A stretch of DNA of 63,843 nucleotides, counting the filler, from Octopus bimaculoides (Eukaryota): the NCBI RefSeq assembly GCF_001194135.2. It is 7 parts of 5 records of this genome, joined end to end, with 100 filler letters (N's around TTAATTAATTAA, not from the genome) between each part and the next. Parts side by side here need not be neighbours in the genome. Positions count along the whole stretch, not along the records: positions 31,439 to 41,269 come from NC_068988.1; positions 41,370 to 57,999 come from NC_068982.1; 5 more parts are not named here. One strand, 5' to 3'. A program made the translations under genes and the position numbers. Below the pieces are notes generated by a model, which did no database searches, was not told where the DNA came from, and saw only the letters and a program-made list of their open reading frames with translations. This document shows positions 38,953 to 51,925 of this stretch, in pieces (position 1 is the stretch's first letter; each line of letters starts with the position of its first letter).

Positions 38953-40658
38953 TAATGATTATGTGTGTGTGTGTTTGTGTGATTGTGTGCCTTATACATC
39001 TCTGTTTACCTTCTACTATTTTATTCCAAAATATTGTTATTTGATTTGTAATTTCAGTCCATGTATTTTTCTTAGGGACATATCTGTACGTGCATTTATC
39101 ATAAAAGTACGAACTTTTTATGCAATTTTATATTATACATATTAATATATACAAAATATACATTGTCTTTATAAGAACCCACACGCGCGCGCACACACAC
39201 ACACGCACACACACATATATACACATAAACCTGGAATATGTATATACGTATAAATAGAAATATATATGTGTGTAAGTGTATGTGCATGTGTCGCATGCAA
39301 TGAAATGTGACAACTTTACCTTTGGGATTATTTTTCTTGCTGAGACATATGTACCACTAATGATTTCCTTAAATTGCAAAGTCTTTCTATTTTGCCTTTA
39401 TTCAAACCACACCATAATTCAAACACGATTAAACTAACACAAAAATACAAACAAGGACGGATATATCATCAGAGAGCCACACAAATATTAAACTAAAACC
39501 AGTAAGAGGTTCTAACAAAATTTAATGACGACATACAAAGAAACATTGTCCATTCTACCAATTCAAAGAATAAATTTAGAGAGCCTTAATCGTCTGGGAC
39601 TGTCACTATTTGTCACGTTCGCTCAACAGTGTCACACTGAATTTTCCGCACCAAAATATTGTCACGTGACATTAAACCAAGGGCGTAGTGAGGGCTTTAC
39701 AAAATTTTCAGATGAGCCTCCGAAACAGATATTAATTTGAATCATGTTCTCTCCATAAATTCAAGAGGATTTCCCATTGACAAGCAACACAGTTGCAGTA
39801 TAGCTCAGTCTTTCTATCACACTTAACTTGAGAATCAGGGAAACACAAAAAAACTTGTGAAACCGGTAAAACCTTTAAAGTTAAACTGTCAAAAATACCC
39901 CCAGCGCGTTTTCAACTTCTTGTTTTCTATATTTATCCCTTTATGGAATAAAATAAATTTTCTTTCCTAATTTGCCGCAAAACAATTCAGCTGGCCAGCA
40001 AATTTCAAAGTGGTAGATTGGGAAATTGTTTCTACTCGTTAATACATGCTGACGAAAGTAGTATTTTATATGAGACCAGGACGCGGTTCGCGTGTATACT
40101 AATATAGCTTTATGCTATATAGGTATGTGATATTTTCGATCCCTTTTGCACGAGTACTGATGATTATTTTCAGTGTTATTTTGGTGGTTCAAAAGTGAGT
40201 TTTAGCCCCCATTTTCTTGCAGGCAGACGTAAAATTGCGCCCTTATGATTAATATAATTTTAATTCTATAGCTATATGTTATTTTAGGCCTGCAACCACC
40301 TATATTAATGTTGCTCTTATTATCATCTATTTATTTGGTCTTCGATAATAATAGAAATATTGGTATCTATATAAATATTCAATCTTGAATATTTGCTGCT
40401 GATTAGGTTTTGTACACAAACACACACACATACACACAAATATATATGTGTATTCTGATTGAATCTTCCTTGTGTTAACATGTACGTCTTTGCGACAATG
40501 TAAACTTTCATTTAACCAAGATATCCTTGGCCTGAAGGAAGAGTAGCCTGTGGTATACACATAGCCGAGATATTTACCACCTCCGAGGTTCTGCTCGCCA
40601 TGAAACATATGTAGCCTGGATCCTATCTACTCCATTTTAAACACACATACACACACTA

Positions 40659-40689
<31 letters not shown>

Positions 40690-41369
40690 ATGTCTCTCTC
40701 TCTCTCTCTCCCTATATATATATATATATATAAACAAAATTAAGGGATCAGCAACAAGTTGCTTCACCACATACCGAAGTTCAGAAATAGCAGCTAAAAT
40801 GCTGAAACTCCAACAGATAGCAATTACCTGCTACTCACATAGGCAAAGCAAGAAGAAAAATAACGAGCTAAACTAGCCATAGTTAATCATATACATGTTT
40901 CTGGTTTAGAAGGAAAAACTCTTCATTATCTCATCGGTATGATATTCCAGTTGCAAATTCGACGATACTGGCAAATGTGCATGTATGACCGAGCGCCATC
41001 ATAGCAATCGACACAATTTGAAAGTATCTCCAAATCTACATAGGCGAGCCAGCCCATCATCTCCCCTCAATAACTACCATGTGCGTCGCAGACGGTACCG
41101 CAGAAAATCTGTGGTTTACTATCCGGGAGCGAATAATTATTACAATTAAAAGGGTAAAAGATTATCAATTTATTAATTTATTAATAAATTAATAACTAAT
41201 AATTTTTACCAAGCCCTTCGGTATGTAAGCACCATTATCGGTGAGGAACTTATTTAAAAGGTCTTATATNNNNNNNNNNNNNNNNNNNNNNNNNNNNNNN
41301 NNNNNNNNNNNNNTTAATTAATTAANNNNNNNNNNNNNNNNNNNNNNNNNNNNNNNNNNNNNNNNNNNN

Positions 41370-41629
41370 CATCGATTACAGCGGTATAGGAGGAGCTACG
41401 AAAGCCATAAGTAGAGAGTAATTAACTACAACCGGGAACCAGGTCATAAACATGGCTTACGGACACAGGAAAGCAAGGACATTATGATAAATTAGCTTAT
41501 AAGCTAATTTATCATAATGTCCTTGCTTTCCTGTGTCCGTAAGCCATGTTTATGACCTGGTTCCCGGTTGTAGTTAATTACTCTCTACTTATGGCTTTCG
41601 TAGCTCCTCCTATACCGCTGTAATCGATG
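41370..41629. repeat. Perfect 260-bp palindrome with no spacer
   Basis: The 130-bp arms are exact reverse complements centred on agctta|taagct. The left arm abuts an N gap. Confidence 0.95.
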
Positions 41630-41699
41630 CAGGCAGTTTGAGTTTAGAATGAAATTCTGCAGATCTTTACATGTAAAGTTCTTGTGAGGAATAAGTGGA

Positions 41700-42747
41700 G
41701 GATCTTTTCCTTTTGGCCGGCACATAGAAAAAAAAATTTTTTGTAACTAAACACTTTCAAATTTCGTATACTGGTAGAATGTGTCATTTAAAATATCATT
41801 TACTCTTGGCGTTTTAAAGAAAATTGTGTATTTTCGAAGTTATTTCGTGTTAAAGTTGTCGTATTTCGGTAATTTCAACCAATCAATGACGTCTATTGAT
41901 GTGAAAACAATTACTGCTGTCGTTTGTCAACAAGACGTTCCGGCGGTGTATATTTAGTTTCTTACTGTTATTTCTGATATATTTACATTTGAGATACACG
42001 TGTGTATAGTTTAATCAATTCAGTTATTAGTTATTTTTAACATTTTTTCAGTTCATTTTGTCTGTGAAAGTATTTTCGCTTTGTTTTAGCGTTTTCGAAA
42101 TTGCATTTTGGGATCTTTTCCCTTGAATAAAATTACTGCCGTTGTTTGTCAACAACAACTATCGGCGGAATATATATTTCGTTTGTCACTGTTATTTATG
42201 ACATCGTTCGTGCGTTTGTACTGGTTTTAGCTTTGGGGTTTTAGGGTTAGGGTTTTAAAGTTAGGGATAGGGTTTTAGGGTCAGGGTTAAGGTTTTAGGG
42301 ATAGGGCTTTAGAGTTAGGGTTGGGATTTTAGGGTTAGAGTTACGGAAAAATGTGAAAAAATTGGAAGGGGAGGGGGAAAAATGTCTTTCCGAAAATAGT
42401 AGCTGAAAAAACCCTAACCTAACTCTAAAACCCTAACCCTAAAACCAGTACAAACGCACGAACGATGTCATAAATAACAGTGACAAATGAAATATACACC
42501 ACCGGAAGTTGTTGTTGATAAACAACAGCAGTAATTGTTTTCACCTCAATAGACGTCATTGATTGGTTGAAATTACCGAAATACGACAACTTTAACACGA
42601 AATAACTTCGAAAATACACAGTTTTCTCAAAATCGCCAAGAGTAAATGATGTTTTATAGGACACATTCTACCAGTATACGAATTTTGAAAGTGTTTAGTT
42701 ACAAAAAAAAAAAAATTTTTAATGTGCCGGCCTAAAGGAAAAGATAC
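41700..42747. mobile_element. Non-autonomous DNA transposon with ~330-bp TIRs, 8-bp TSD and internal telomere-like repeats
   Basis: TSD taagtgga at 41692-41699 and 42748-42755. Termini g[g/t]atcttttcctt. Arms are collinear in inverse orientation. Degenerate TTAGGG at ~42225-42343 and CCCTAA at ~42411-42444. Confidence 0.85.
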
Positions 42748-43381
42748 TAAGTGGACAATATATATTTTAAGGCAAAATAGTACCAACTTTTTCATAGTTT
42801 ATTAAATTGAAGGAAGACACTGTGCCAATCACCTTCACATATTGAATAAATACTTGGTTTCTGTTGAGAATGTATATTGAATCAGTGAACAGCATACTGA
42901 AAATAGTGATTTCGAACAGTTACACGCAGCTACACATTTTGCATGAATGGGGAGCTGATCAGTTATGTCGACTCTTGTACATGAATACTTAGTTTATCGA
43001 ATCCGACAGGATGAGGAGTGAAGTTGACTCCGCCAGGATTTGAACTCAGTATGTAAAGGAACATAACAAAATACTTTCTGCATATTTATGATTTTGTTGC
43101 CGTTTTTTCAACACCTCTACAGAGATAATGCTACACTTCACTCTTTAATATTCCACATGCAAAGGTCATCCACGCAACGTAGACACTAAGGTACACTCGC
43201 ATAGCATTTATGAATAGAGACATTGAAGACATCCTCCAACAGAAATATAACAAACCGTTCTTCAAAAATATCAAAACGCAATCGCTGCACAGGACAAGAA
43301 AACTATCTTTCGCCACTGCACCCTTCATACCTCTGATCACTACACACATAAATTCTGAAAGTTACTTCAAATATTAGGCCT

Positions 43382-43597
43382 GATATTTTATGCCCTCTCT
43401 TACATCATCAATGACTATGCTGATATTTTNNNNNNNNNNNNNNNNNNNNNNNNNNNNNNNNNNNNNNNNNNNNNNNNNNNNNNNNNNNNNNNNNNNNNNN
43501 NNNNNNNNNNNNNNNNNNNNNNNNNNNNNATATTTTATGCCCTCTCTTACATCATCTATGACTATGCTGATATTTTATGTCCTTTCTTACATCATCT
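43382..43597. repeat. 40-bp minisatellite spanning a gap
   Basis: Unit gatattttatgccctctcttacatcatc[a/t]atgactatgct occurs on both sides of the N run. Confidence 0.75.
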
Positions 43598-43689
43598 GAA
43601 ATATCAAAACTATCTTAGATCTAAGCTTCTTCAGCCCTGATTCATTAGCAACCCACTGTAAGCTGGTGTGCAATTCATACTAAGCTGGT

Positions 43690-44110
43690 GTGCAATCCAC
43701 ATTAGAATATTGTTGGTGTGGGGGTGGGGGATCTGCGGTGCTACAAAATACCGAAAACCTTGTAAGCAGTATCCAAAAGCACAAAGATAAGTTGTTGATT
43801 GTTAAACAAATATCAGCAGGATACCACAACTGCTTGCTTACAGATGAGCTGTTTTTATCTAGGTCTTCTCGTCCATGATTCTATGAACTAACAAGCTGTG
43901 TATCACCTCTACCAAAGCCAACCTAACATTCCTCACTATTTATCATTCCTAATTGTCCCACCACTAAATACTACACGAAAAACTAGCTTAAACATTCCTA
44001 CCGACAACTGCTTTACAAAAGAAATTCACTCGTTGCCCACATCTCACCACAAGTACCATCAGAGTTGAATTTCAACCGAATATCAGCTGTTACGATCAGC
44101 ATAAGTCATA
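43690..44110 (+). pseudogene. CR1/L2-clade LINE 3' ORF2 remnant
   Basis: VQSTLEYCWCGG...LVSSIQKH resembles the RPxLEYCSxVW...LDRIQKR tail of CR1-type ORF2. The downstream sequence is compatible with the decayed NSFFPRT segment. Confidence 0.55.
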
Positions 44111-45164
44111 GGTACTGCAACTCTTCACTCGACTAAAACTGGACTAGAAAATTCCTCATTCCTAGACAAAATTTTGCCCGCGTTCAAATTTGAAACCTTA
44201 CACTGATCAAGTTTCCAAAAACCTGAACGATAAACTATAAAAAATAAAATTTTTTCAGATTTAATACCTAAATTGTAATCTTTAGTATACAGAATTCCCT
44301 ATGAATCTGTAAAATAAAAGATACTTCATTTTTTTTTCTTTTACAGACTAGATTCGTTGCATTATGTTCTTATATATTTACAATTCACTCTTCGTACAAA
44401 AAGATTGAGTAAAAGAAAATAGAAATAAACCTGTAATAGTTTATCTAATGACATGTCTATTGGGAGTTGTAAATTATTAACCAGCTGAGTGGATTATGCT
44501 CAACTCACAAGTTTTAATTCTTTTATCAAAATGTTCTTTTAACAAGGAATTTTCAAATTCTTCTTACTCTAGTGTATCAAGCAGAAGAATCAGTGTCAAT
44601 GGGCCAGGTTTATCTGGAAAATTAATCAAATCTATCGTAGAATTCTCATTTACTCAGGGGAGGAGAAGATTTATTTCTCATCCGCTTAATGTTCGAGAAA
44701 ATTGCGTTTTAAGTCATTATTTCAAAACAAAACCAGAGATTTATTAAGAAAGCACGACCTATTGTAATTAGATGGTGTACTCTGTTTAATCACAAGTGAC
44801 AGTTGATGTTGTTCCTTGATTTATTATTTGTGAACTCTTTGGGAAGTCATACTGAAATGTAAAAATATTTTATTGGTTCACATTTTAGGTCTTTACGCAC
44901 ATATAGAATCCCATAATTAAGACTGTCTGGGATCAGTTATTATATCGTCTCAGGAGTGGAAGACAGAACAAAAATTTTGCATTGCAGTTGCTACATAAAT
45001 TAGTGATAATTGTTTAATTAACCAAATTGAGTAGGGAAATTTGATCTTCGATGAATGCTGCAGCAACTTATTTATCGCCCATTAAAACAAGGGTTTCGAA
45101 ACTGGGGTTAATTTACTGATTCTGAAATTGTACATTTTTTCAGTTATAATTTTTTTCTTCCTAC

Positions 45165-45375
45165 AATAGGCACAAGGGCTGATATTTTGGTGGACCAGGA
45201 TTAATCAATTACGTCGACCCCAATACTCAACTGGTATTTATTTTATCAATCGCGAAAGAGCGGAAGGCAATGTCGACTTCGGCGAAATTAGAACTGCGAA
45301 CCTAAAGTCGGATGAAATGCTACTAAGCACTTCGTCGGGGTCCGGCGTGCTAACAATTCTGCCAGTTCACCGTCT
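45165..45375 (-). mobile_element. tRNA-derived SINE family B
   Basis: Reverse-complement match to 47931-48146. Confidence 0.8.
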
Positions 45376-47354
45376 TTTACTCAGTCGAGAAGAAACTTTG
45401 AATTAGGCCTATTTTGTGAAAAATACTAATACCTATTATGTAAGACACTTAAGAAAAGAGATTTATAAAGGCAAACATAGGTTTCAAAATGACAATTCAC
45501 TTCGTATAGATCATACACAGTTCTTCATGAACTTGCCTTCATGATAGCTCTAGCTCCCTTCTGCTTGGGGATACTCGCGTGTAACCACGAAACCTGCCCG
45601 AAAGTTTGATGTTCTTCAGATAACATTAAAAAACACATAGCTCAACTTAATACGTGGAATAACATTAAAATAACCAATTAAAAACAATGATTTTAGGATG
45701 CAAATCGGCAACTTCATGCAATCATTACAATACCACTATATTCTGATTGATGTTCGTTATTAATTCATCAGTGAAATAACATTGTTATCTGCTATTTTTA
45801 TTGTTATTTCAACTTAATGATGTTTAAAACCAGTATTTGAAATTTCCTTTTGTCGATTGTTTTATGATATTAGGCGTGTAAAATCAAATTGCTGAACAAA
45901 CCAGAATGAGTGGGGTGTAAATTTACTTTCAAAATGTTGCCTAGGGTGAATGGAATGAAAATGGTTGGAAACTTCTGTATTAGAAAGTAAGTGTTATTCA
46001 TTAATATCTAGTTTATTCGAAGGAAACGAATTCTCTAGTCTGGTCCAAAGGACTTTTCAAGTCACATATGAAGGAATGACAGTTCATTGCTGAGCGTTTG
46101 AGGTCGAGTTGAACAACAAACAAACAATCACATAGGAACAATGACTGAGTTTCACTACAAACTGCTCATTTTCAACAATTACACAAAATCATTCTTAACA
46201 AGGCCATATTTAAATGGCAGATTTTGTTACGTAGAGTCGAAATTTAGACGTTAAGTCAGGGGTTCTTAGAGTTTGGGGCATATATCACAAGTGAAATTAT
46301 AGGGAGCAGAAGGCGATTGTACATAATAAGGAAAAGAATTTAGCACACATGGTTTTTATTAACCATGTATTATTGAAAATGCATTCATAAATAAAGTACG
46401 GAACTGGGAATGGTTATCAGTTTAGCCGAGAGACAAGTTAATTCGACTTAAGTCATGTCTTCTGGAACCAATTAACGATGTAGGGTGAGGTATGCCTGTA
46501 TATATNNNNNNNNNNNNNNNNNNNNNNNNNNNNNNNNNNNNNNNNNNNNNNNNNNNNNNNNNNNNNNNNNNNNNNNNNNNNNNNNNNNNNNNNNNNNNNN
46601 NNNNNNNNNNNNNNNNNNNNNNNNNNNNNNNNNNNNNNNNNNNNNNNNNNNNNNNNNNNNNNNNNNNNNNNNNNNNNNNNNNNNNNNNNNNNNNNNNNNN
46701 NNNNNNNNNNNNNNNNNNNNNNNNNNNNNNNNNNNNNNNNNNNNNNNNNNNNNNNNNNNNNNNNNNNNNNNNNNNNNNNNNNNNNNNNNNNNNNNNNNNN
46801 NNNNNNNNNNNNNNNNNNNNNNNNNNNNNNNNNNNNNNNNNNNNNNNNNNNNNNNNNNNNNNNNNNNNNNNNNNNNNNNNNNNNNNNNNNNNNNNNNNNN
46901 NNNNNNNNNNNNNNNNNNNNNNNNNNNNNNNNNNNNNNNNNNNNNNNNNNNNNNNNNNNNNNNNNNNNNNNNNNNNNNNNNNNNNNNNNNNNNNNNNNNN
47001 NNNNNNNNNNNNNNNNNNNNNNNNNNNNNNNNNNNNNNNNNNNNNNNNNNNNNNNNNNNNNNNNNNNNNNNNNNNNNNNNNNNNNNNNNNNNNNNNNNNN
47101 NNNNNNNNNNNNNNNNNNNNNNNNNNNNNNNNNNNNNNNNNNNNNNNNNNNNNNNNNNNNNNNNNNNNNNNNNNNNNNNNNNNNNNNNNNNNNNNNNNNN
47201 NNNNNNNNNNNNNNNNNNNNNNNNNNNNNNNNNNNNNNNNNNNNNNNNNNNNNNNNNNNNNNNNNNNNNNNNNNNNNNNNNNNNNNNNNNNNNNNNNNNN
47301 NNNNNNNNNNNNNNNNNNNNNNNNNNNNNNNNNNNNNNNNNNNNNNNNNNNNNN

Positions 47355-47421
<67 letters not shown>

Positions 47422-47481
47422 GCTACGTCGACAACTTGTTAGAAAGAGCCGAGCTCATACATTTCATTTAAAATGTAAAGT

Positions 47482-47705
47482 AACAAAAGTACTGCCTCGA
47501 GTTCCATGACTGATTGGGCAGATTATCTGGTTTCCATGGCATATGAGTGACTGAAATCATAAACTTCCTACTGGACAGGATGTCAGGGCATCATAGGGTT
47601 ACTCATTTATAGTTGAATGAACTGGCACAACGTTAAATGAAATGTTTCGCTCAAGAACACAACGCAACGCTCGCCCCGGAAATCGAAACCCCAATCTTGC
47701 GTTCT
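47482..47705 (-). mobile_element. SINE family C
   Basis: gctcaagaacacaacgc, ggtttccatggc and gaaatcgaaacc match the reverse complement of 17771-18030. Confidence 0.7.
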
Positions 47706-47930
47706 TACATACGCACGAAATCGGTAATTCTAGGGAAATGAACGATTGAGTATATCGACTCCAGTATTTAACTGCTAGTTTATTTCATCGACCCCAGAAA
47801 GATGAAAGGCAAAATTGTGCACAACAGAATTTGAACTCATTAAATTAAATTTAATTTAATTTATAACAAATGCACGGTTACTGTTTGTTCTACCATATTT
47901 AATCATTTTACAATATATTTTCCATCCATA

Positions 47931-48146
47931 AGGCGGCGAGCTGGTAGAATCGTTAGCACGCCGGGCAAAATGCTTAGCGGCATTTTGTCCTTCTTTATGT
48001 TCTGAGTTCACATTTCGCTGAGGTCGATTTTACCATTCATCGGTTCGGGATCGATAAAATAAGTATTAGTTTAGCACTGGGTTTATTGTAATCGACTTAT
48101 CCCCTCCCCCAAAATTGCTGGCCTTATGCCAAAATTTGAAACCACA
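47931..48146 (+). mobile_element. tRNA-derived SINE family B, full length
   Basis: ggcggcgagctggtagaatcgttagc head, gagttcacattt B-box-like segment, tail ccccaaaattgctggccttatgccaaaatttgaaacca. Confidence 0.85.
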
Positions 48147-48184
48147 GTATTCTTCATCCAGTCTGATAATTTTGGCGAACAGGA

Positions 48185-48335
48185 TTTATGTTCCGAGTTC
48201 GAATTCCGCCGAGGTCGACTTTGCCTTTCATCCTTTCAGGTCGATAAATTAAGTACCAGTTGCGTACTGGGGTTTGATCTAATCGACTGACCCCCTCCCC
48301 CAAAATTTCGGGCTTTGTGCCTAGAGTAGAAACGA
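48185..48335 (+). mobile_element. SINE family B, 5'-truncated
   Basis: gagttcgaattccgccgaggtcgactttgcctttcatcctttc. Confidence 0.8.
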
Positions 48336-49424
48336 ATTTTGACGGACAGGATGAAGAGTTACATCAGAAGAAAAATTTGAGAAGACCCCTGTTAGGTGGT
48401 CATTTAGTTTTCACATTCTAAGTTATGATTTATTTTTGCTGGAATGAAAACAATTTCATTGCTTTATTAATCACGATTATCTCCCAGTTATAATTAAATG
48501 AGAGTGACAGTGGATAGTAAATAGCCATTAGATTTTATCTGACGGTCGACATTTTGATAATATTCTTAATGACTGATATTTCGCTTATCTAGATAAATAT
48601 TTTTGTTCGAAAAAGAAAGGCAAGATGCACAATAAAGGTTAACCTTTGTCAAATCCCCCGCTGTGTTACTGGCCATATGTCAACGCTGGAGATAATAGAC
48701 ACATTAAATACACAATCATTCTTAATTTATTAATATAACTCAAATCCTGGCTTATACAAATGCAACGCAAAACTACATTATCCTCTCTATTGATGCTACA
48801 ATTATTATTAAGAATGACTGTCACAACTAAATGTTTTTCCTCCATTATCAATTCTTTTATGTTTACGACGATTACAACGACGTCAGTGATGATGATGATG
48901 ATATTTGTGTCAATCTTGCTGACGTAGTTATCATCACCCCTAGCATCACTACAGCTACAACGATTGTTAATCTATAAATTAACAGAATAGTATCACTGGG
49001 AAATTTAATTCAGCTTTGATTAAACAATCAGTCGCCATAGTTTCAATTCTAGGTTTGTTACTTTCATTTGAATGTTGTCTATTTTGCGCCGAAAAATAAT
49101 ACAAGCTATTGATACAGCAAAATTTTAAAATATCATGATTAACAACGATCTATTTATTTGTAAAACTACCAATCTAACTAATTTGCAATCCTTTTTATCA
49201 TCTATTCAGTTTTTTATATTGAATTTTGTAACGAGCTTTTTCTACAGAATGACTGACATCAAACCTAGATTCGAAATTCATATTAAATAGATGTCGACAT
49301 TTTCAGTGTCATTATTGTATTAGCTAGCTTATCATTAAGACTGACAAAAAGTGTATATTTGCAGAAACCAGTAAAAAGCTCTTTAAATTAGATTTAGAAT
49401 GAATACACTGATGAAATATTGATC

Positions 49425-49640
49425 TCAAATTTTGGCACAAGGCAAGCAATTTCGGGTGGCGGGTTTAAGTCGATTACATCGACCCACCCCCAGTGCTCAA
49501 CTGGCACTTATTTAATGGATTCCGAAAGGATGAAAGGCTAAGTCAACCTCGGCGGAATTTGAACTTGGAACGTAAAGCCGGTAGAAATGCCGCTAAACAT
49601 TTTGTCCAGCGTGCTAACGATTTTGTCTTCTCTCCGCCTT
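49425..49640 (-). mobile_element. SINE family B, full length
   Basis: Reverse complement of 47931-48146. Confidence 0.85.
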
Positions 49641-49989
49641 AATATCGCAAATATATAATGTAAAAGATATATGTCTGGTCGATACGAAATTATTCTATGA
49701 AAGAATACCAATTCCAAATGTCAATCGTATGGAAGGGAACTAATTTTTCAATTAGTATTCTGTAGGACAGCACCAACCACTGCTAATGTGCATGAGTATA
49801 TTTTTAGGCGCGCTATTCGCAAAGGGAGAGTTAAAGTTTCCTGTGTTGATACTGTATGACTATTGTTATAACGAACTCAACTTCGTGTCGCATCTCAAGA
49901 CGTTGCTTGGAGTCAATGGTCAAAGCATTTGAACTTCATTGCCCATCCACTTAGCTTTAGATAAGAACTATGCATAGTTAACTCCAGCC

Positions 49990-51350
49990 AGCTATCTTCT
50001 CTGCCCACTATTCCTAGGAAGGTTGTGAGAGTAAAATCCTCGGGCACCTCCTCCATAGGGTCCTATCAGAAGCAACCATCATTAGATTTTCAAGTTGGAT
50101 TCCCGAGCGCGACCATCTGAAATTATGGATATTAACAAGCCATCATGGTTTGATCTACGGTTACATCTTCTGCCAGTTCACTTGGATGGAAGAATCCGTC
50201 TTACGATTCTTTGTTGTGAAATTCTAATCACATAAGTGAGTAAATGCGCGTAAACCGAATTGAAGACGCCGAGTTTGGCTTTCTTACCAACCTTTCTTCT
50301 TCCGTGGGTCAAATACTGGAGCTGGCGTATACTGTACCAGCACCTGCACTTCTAACACCCAATTTAGTTTCCTGCCCTCCATTACTCATGAATACGACCC
50401 CGAGATACTTAAACTTCTCCACTTCTCCCTATAATGTTCTACGACCAATGTCTCAATATTCGTAACACTAATTCTTAACTCTGCCTTGCAACATTCGGCG
50501 AACCCATTCAATACATTCTAGAGATCACCTTCTGATGAGCCAAACAGCATCATGTCACTTGCAAATATCAGCTGACCGATCCTACACCCACCTATTATGA
50601 TACCACTTCAAAAAGAGCTGCGCATGTCAATCCAGTTCATAAAAATTATGAGAACGAGAGGTGACCCAGGCAACCTAGAATACACAAGTCAGCCTGTGTA
50701 TTTAAGACGTTTAACAATACAGGCCAAATGTTATCATCTCCAGCAGCCTTGTCCCATTTGAGCGCTTTAACTATCTCTATGACTTCAGCCGCTGTTAAGT
50801 TAATCTTCACCCTAGACGCATCTCGTGTCCACCAGAGGATTTTATTATGATCGGATTTAGGAGATCAGCAAAGTATTCTCTCCACCTGCCAAGGATACTC
50901 TTCTCTGTAGAGTGAAGATCCCCTGCAAAGATTTAATGGCAGGTGTGGAAGAGGGCTTCTTACTTCTAAGTCGGCAGATGGCCTACCATATACTCTATCG
51001 GGCAATCTAGAGTTAGAGTCCAGCTTAACCCCAAAGTCCTCCCATAACTTAGCCTTAGGCGTTTGTACTTTCCACGCACAAGGGGAGACTTGTTTACAAT
51101 CCGGGTCTCCTTTGCTCAGATGGCATTTTTAACTCACTGGTTAAACCAGAAGGTTCTTTTGCCACATGGCGTCACGCCAAGCCGCTTTCTTCCACAGTAT
51201 TTTACAGCTGAAGAAGAAACTGCCGAACACAACGATCTCCATTCCGTTTCGACTTCCTCAGTTCGTTCAGGAAGGTTTCAGAATTTGGATGCAACAGTAT
51301 CCTCTTATTCGATCCTGATCCCATCATCCACCAGGGTTTCCCCCTTTATC
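49990..51350 (-). pseudogene. RTE-clade (Expander-like) LINE, decayed RT and C-terminus
   Basis: Minus-strand translation with disablements: LGRWREYFADL; EVIEIVKALKWDKAAGDDNIWP; LIFASDMMLFGSSEGDL; EVEKFKYLGVVF; RWSRSGIQLENLMMVASDRTLWRR. Confidence 0.8.
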
Positions 51351-51806
51351 CTGTAAAAAGCACTGGTTTTTACCTGTTTTATGAGTTGTCCCAGTTGTAG
51401 ACAGTCTCAGGTTGCAGATAACTAGGTAGTGATCAGTAGATAGGCCCCTCTCATTTCACAGCACAGAATCAAGCACAGAAGTCCAGCACAGAATCAAAGG
51501 GTCAGAGATGATAACAATCTTTGGTGGTCTTATTGATGCTCGGCGTGAATAAGACCACTAAAAAACTGCAATATGAAAAGGGTTTAAAGGAACAACCATA
51601 CTGTATAGTCCGTCGCGTGGGTTAACAAGAGAGACGAGTTCCGATCTTAGGCAGAAGGGTCCGTTCGTAAAATATATTGCAGTCTCCACCCAATGTCGGT
51701 ATAACCAGAAATATGACTAACTTGTTCTAGGAGGCATTGGGTAGAAGTACAAAGGATGCTTGATCCGGGACCCCGAAGTGAGTCGAGGTAGGGACAGCCA
51801 TTAAGG

Positions 51807-51925
51807 ATTGTGAATTAGAATGTCACAACCCTTACGCGTAAAAGGCAGGAACAGGTGGAAGCCAAACGCTACCGGCTAGATATAATCGGTGTCTCTCCCA
51901 CAAGGTTCCGAGCTCTGGTACTGTT
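51807..51925 (+). pseudogene. RTE-clade AP-endonuclease N-terminus, opposite strand to the adjacent RT part
   Basis: IVN*NVTTLTRKRQEQVEAKRYRLDIIGVS matches the TWNVxTLxGKxxELVxExxRYRLDIxG pattern of RTE endonucleases. Confidence 0.65.

Noticed and set aside
47419-47471. YVDNLLER after a (CT)n-CAG acceptor, resembling a Rab11-FIP RBD
   Set aside because: The similarity is a few residues only, and the pyrimidine tract is a microsatellite at a gap edge.
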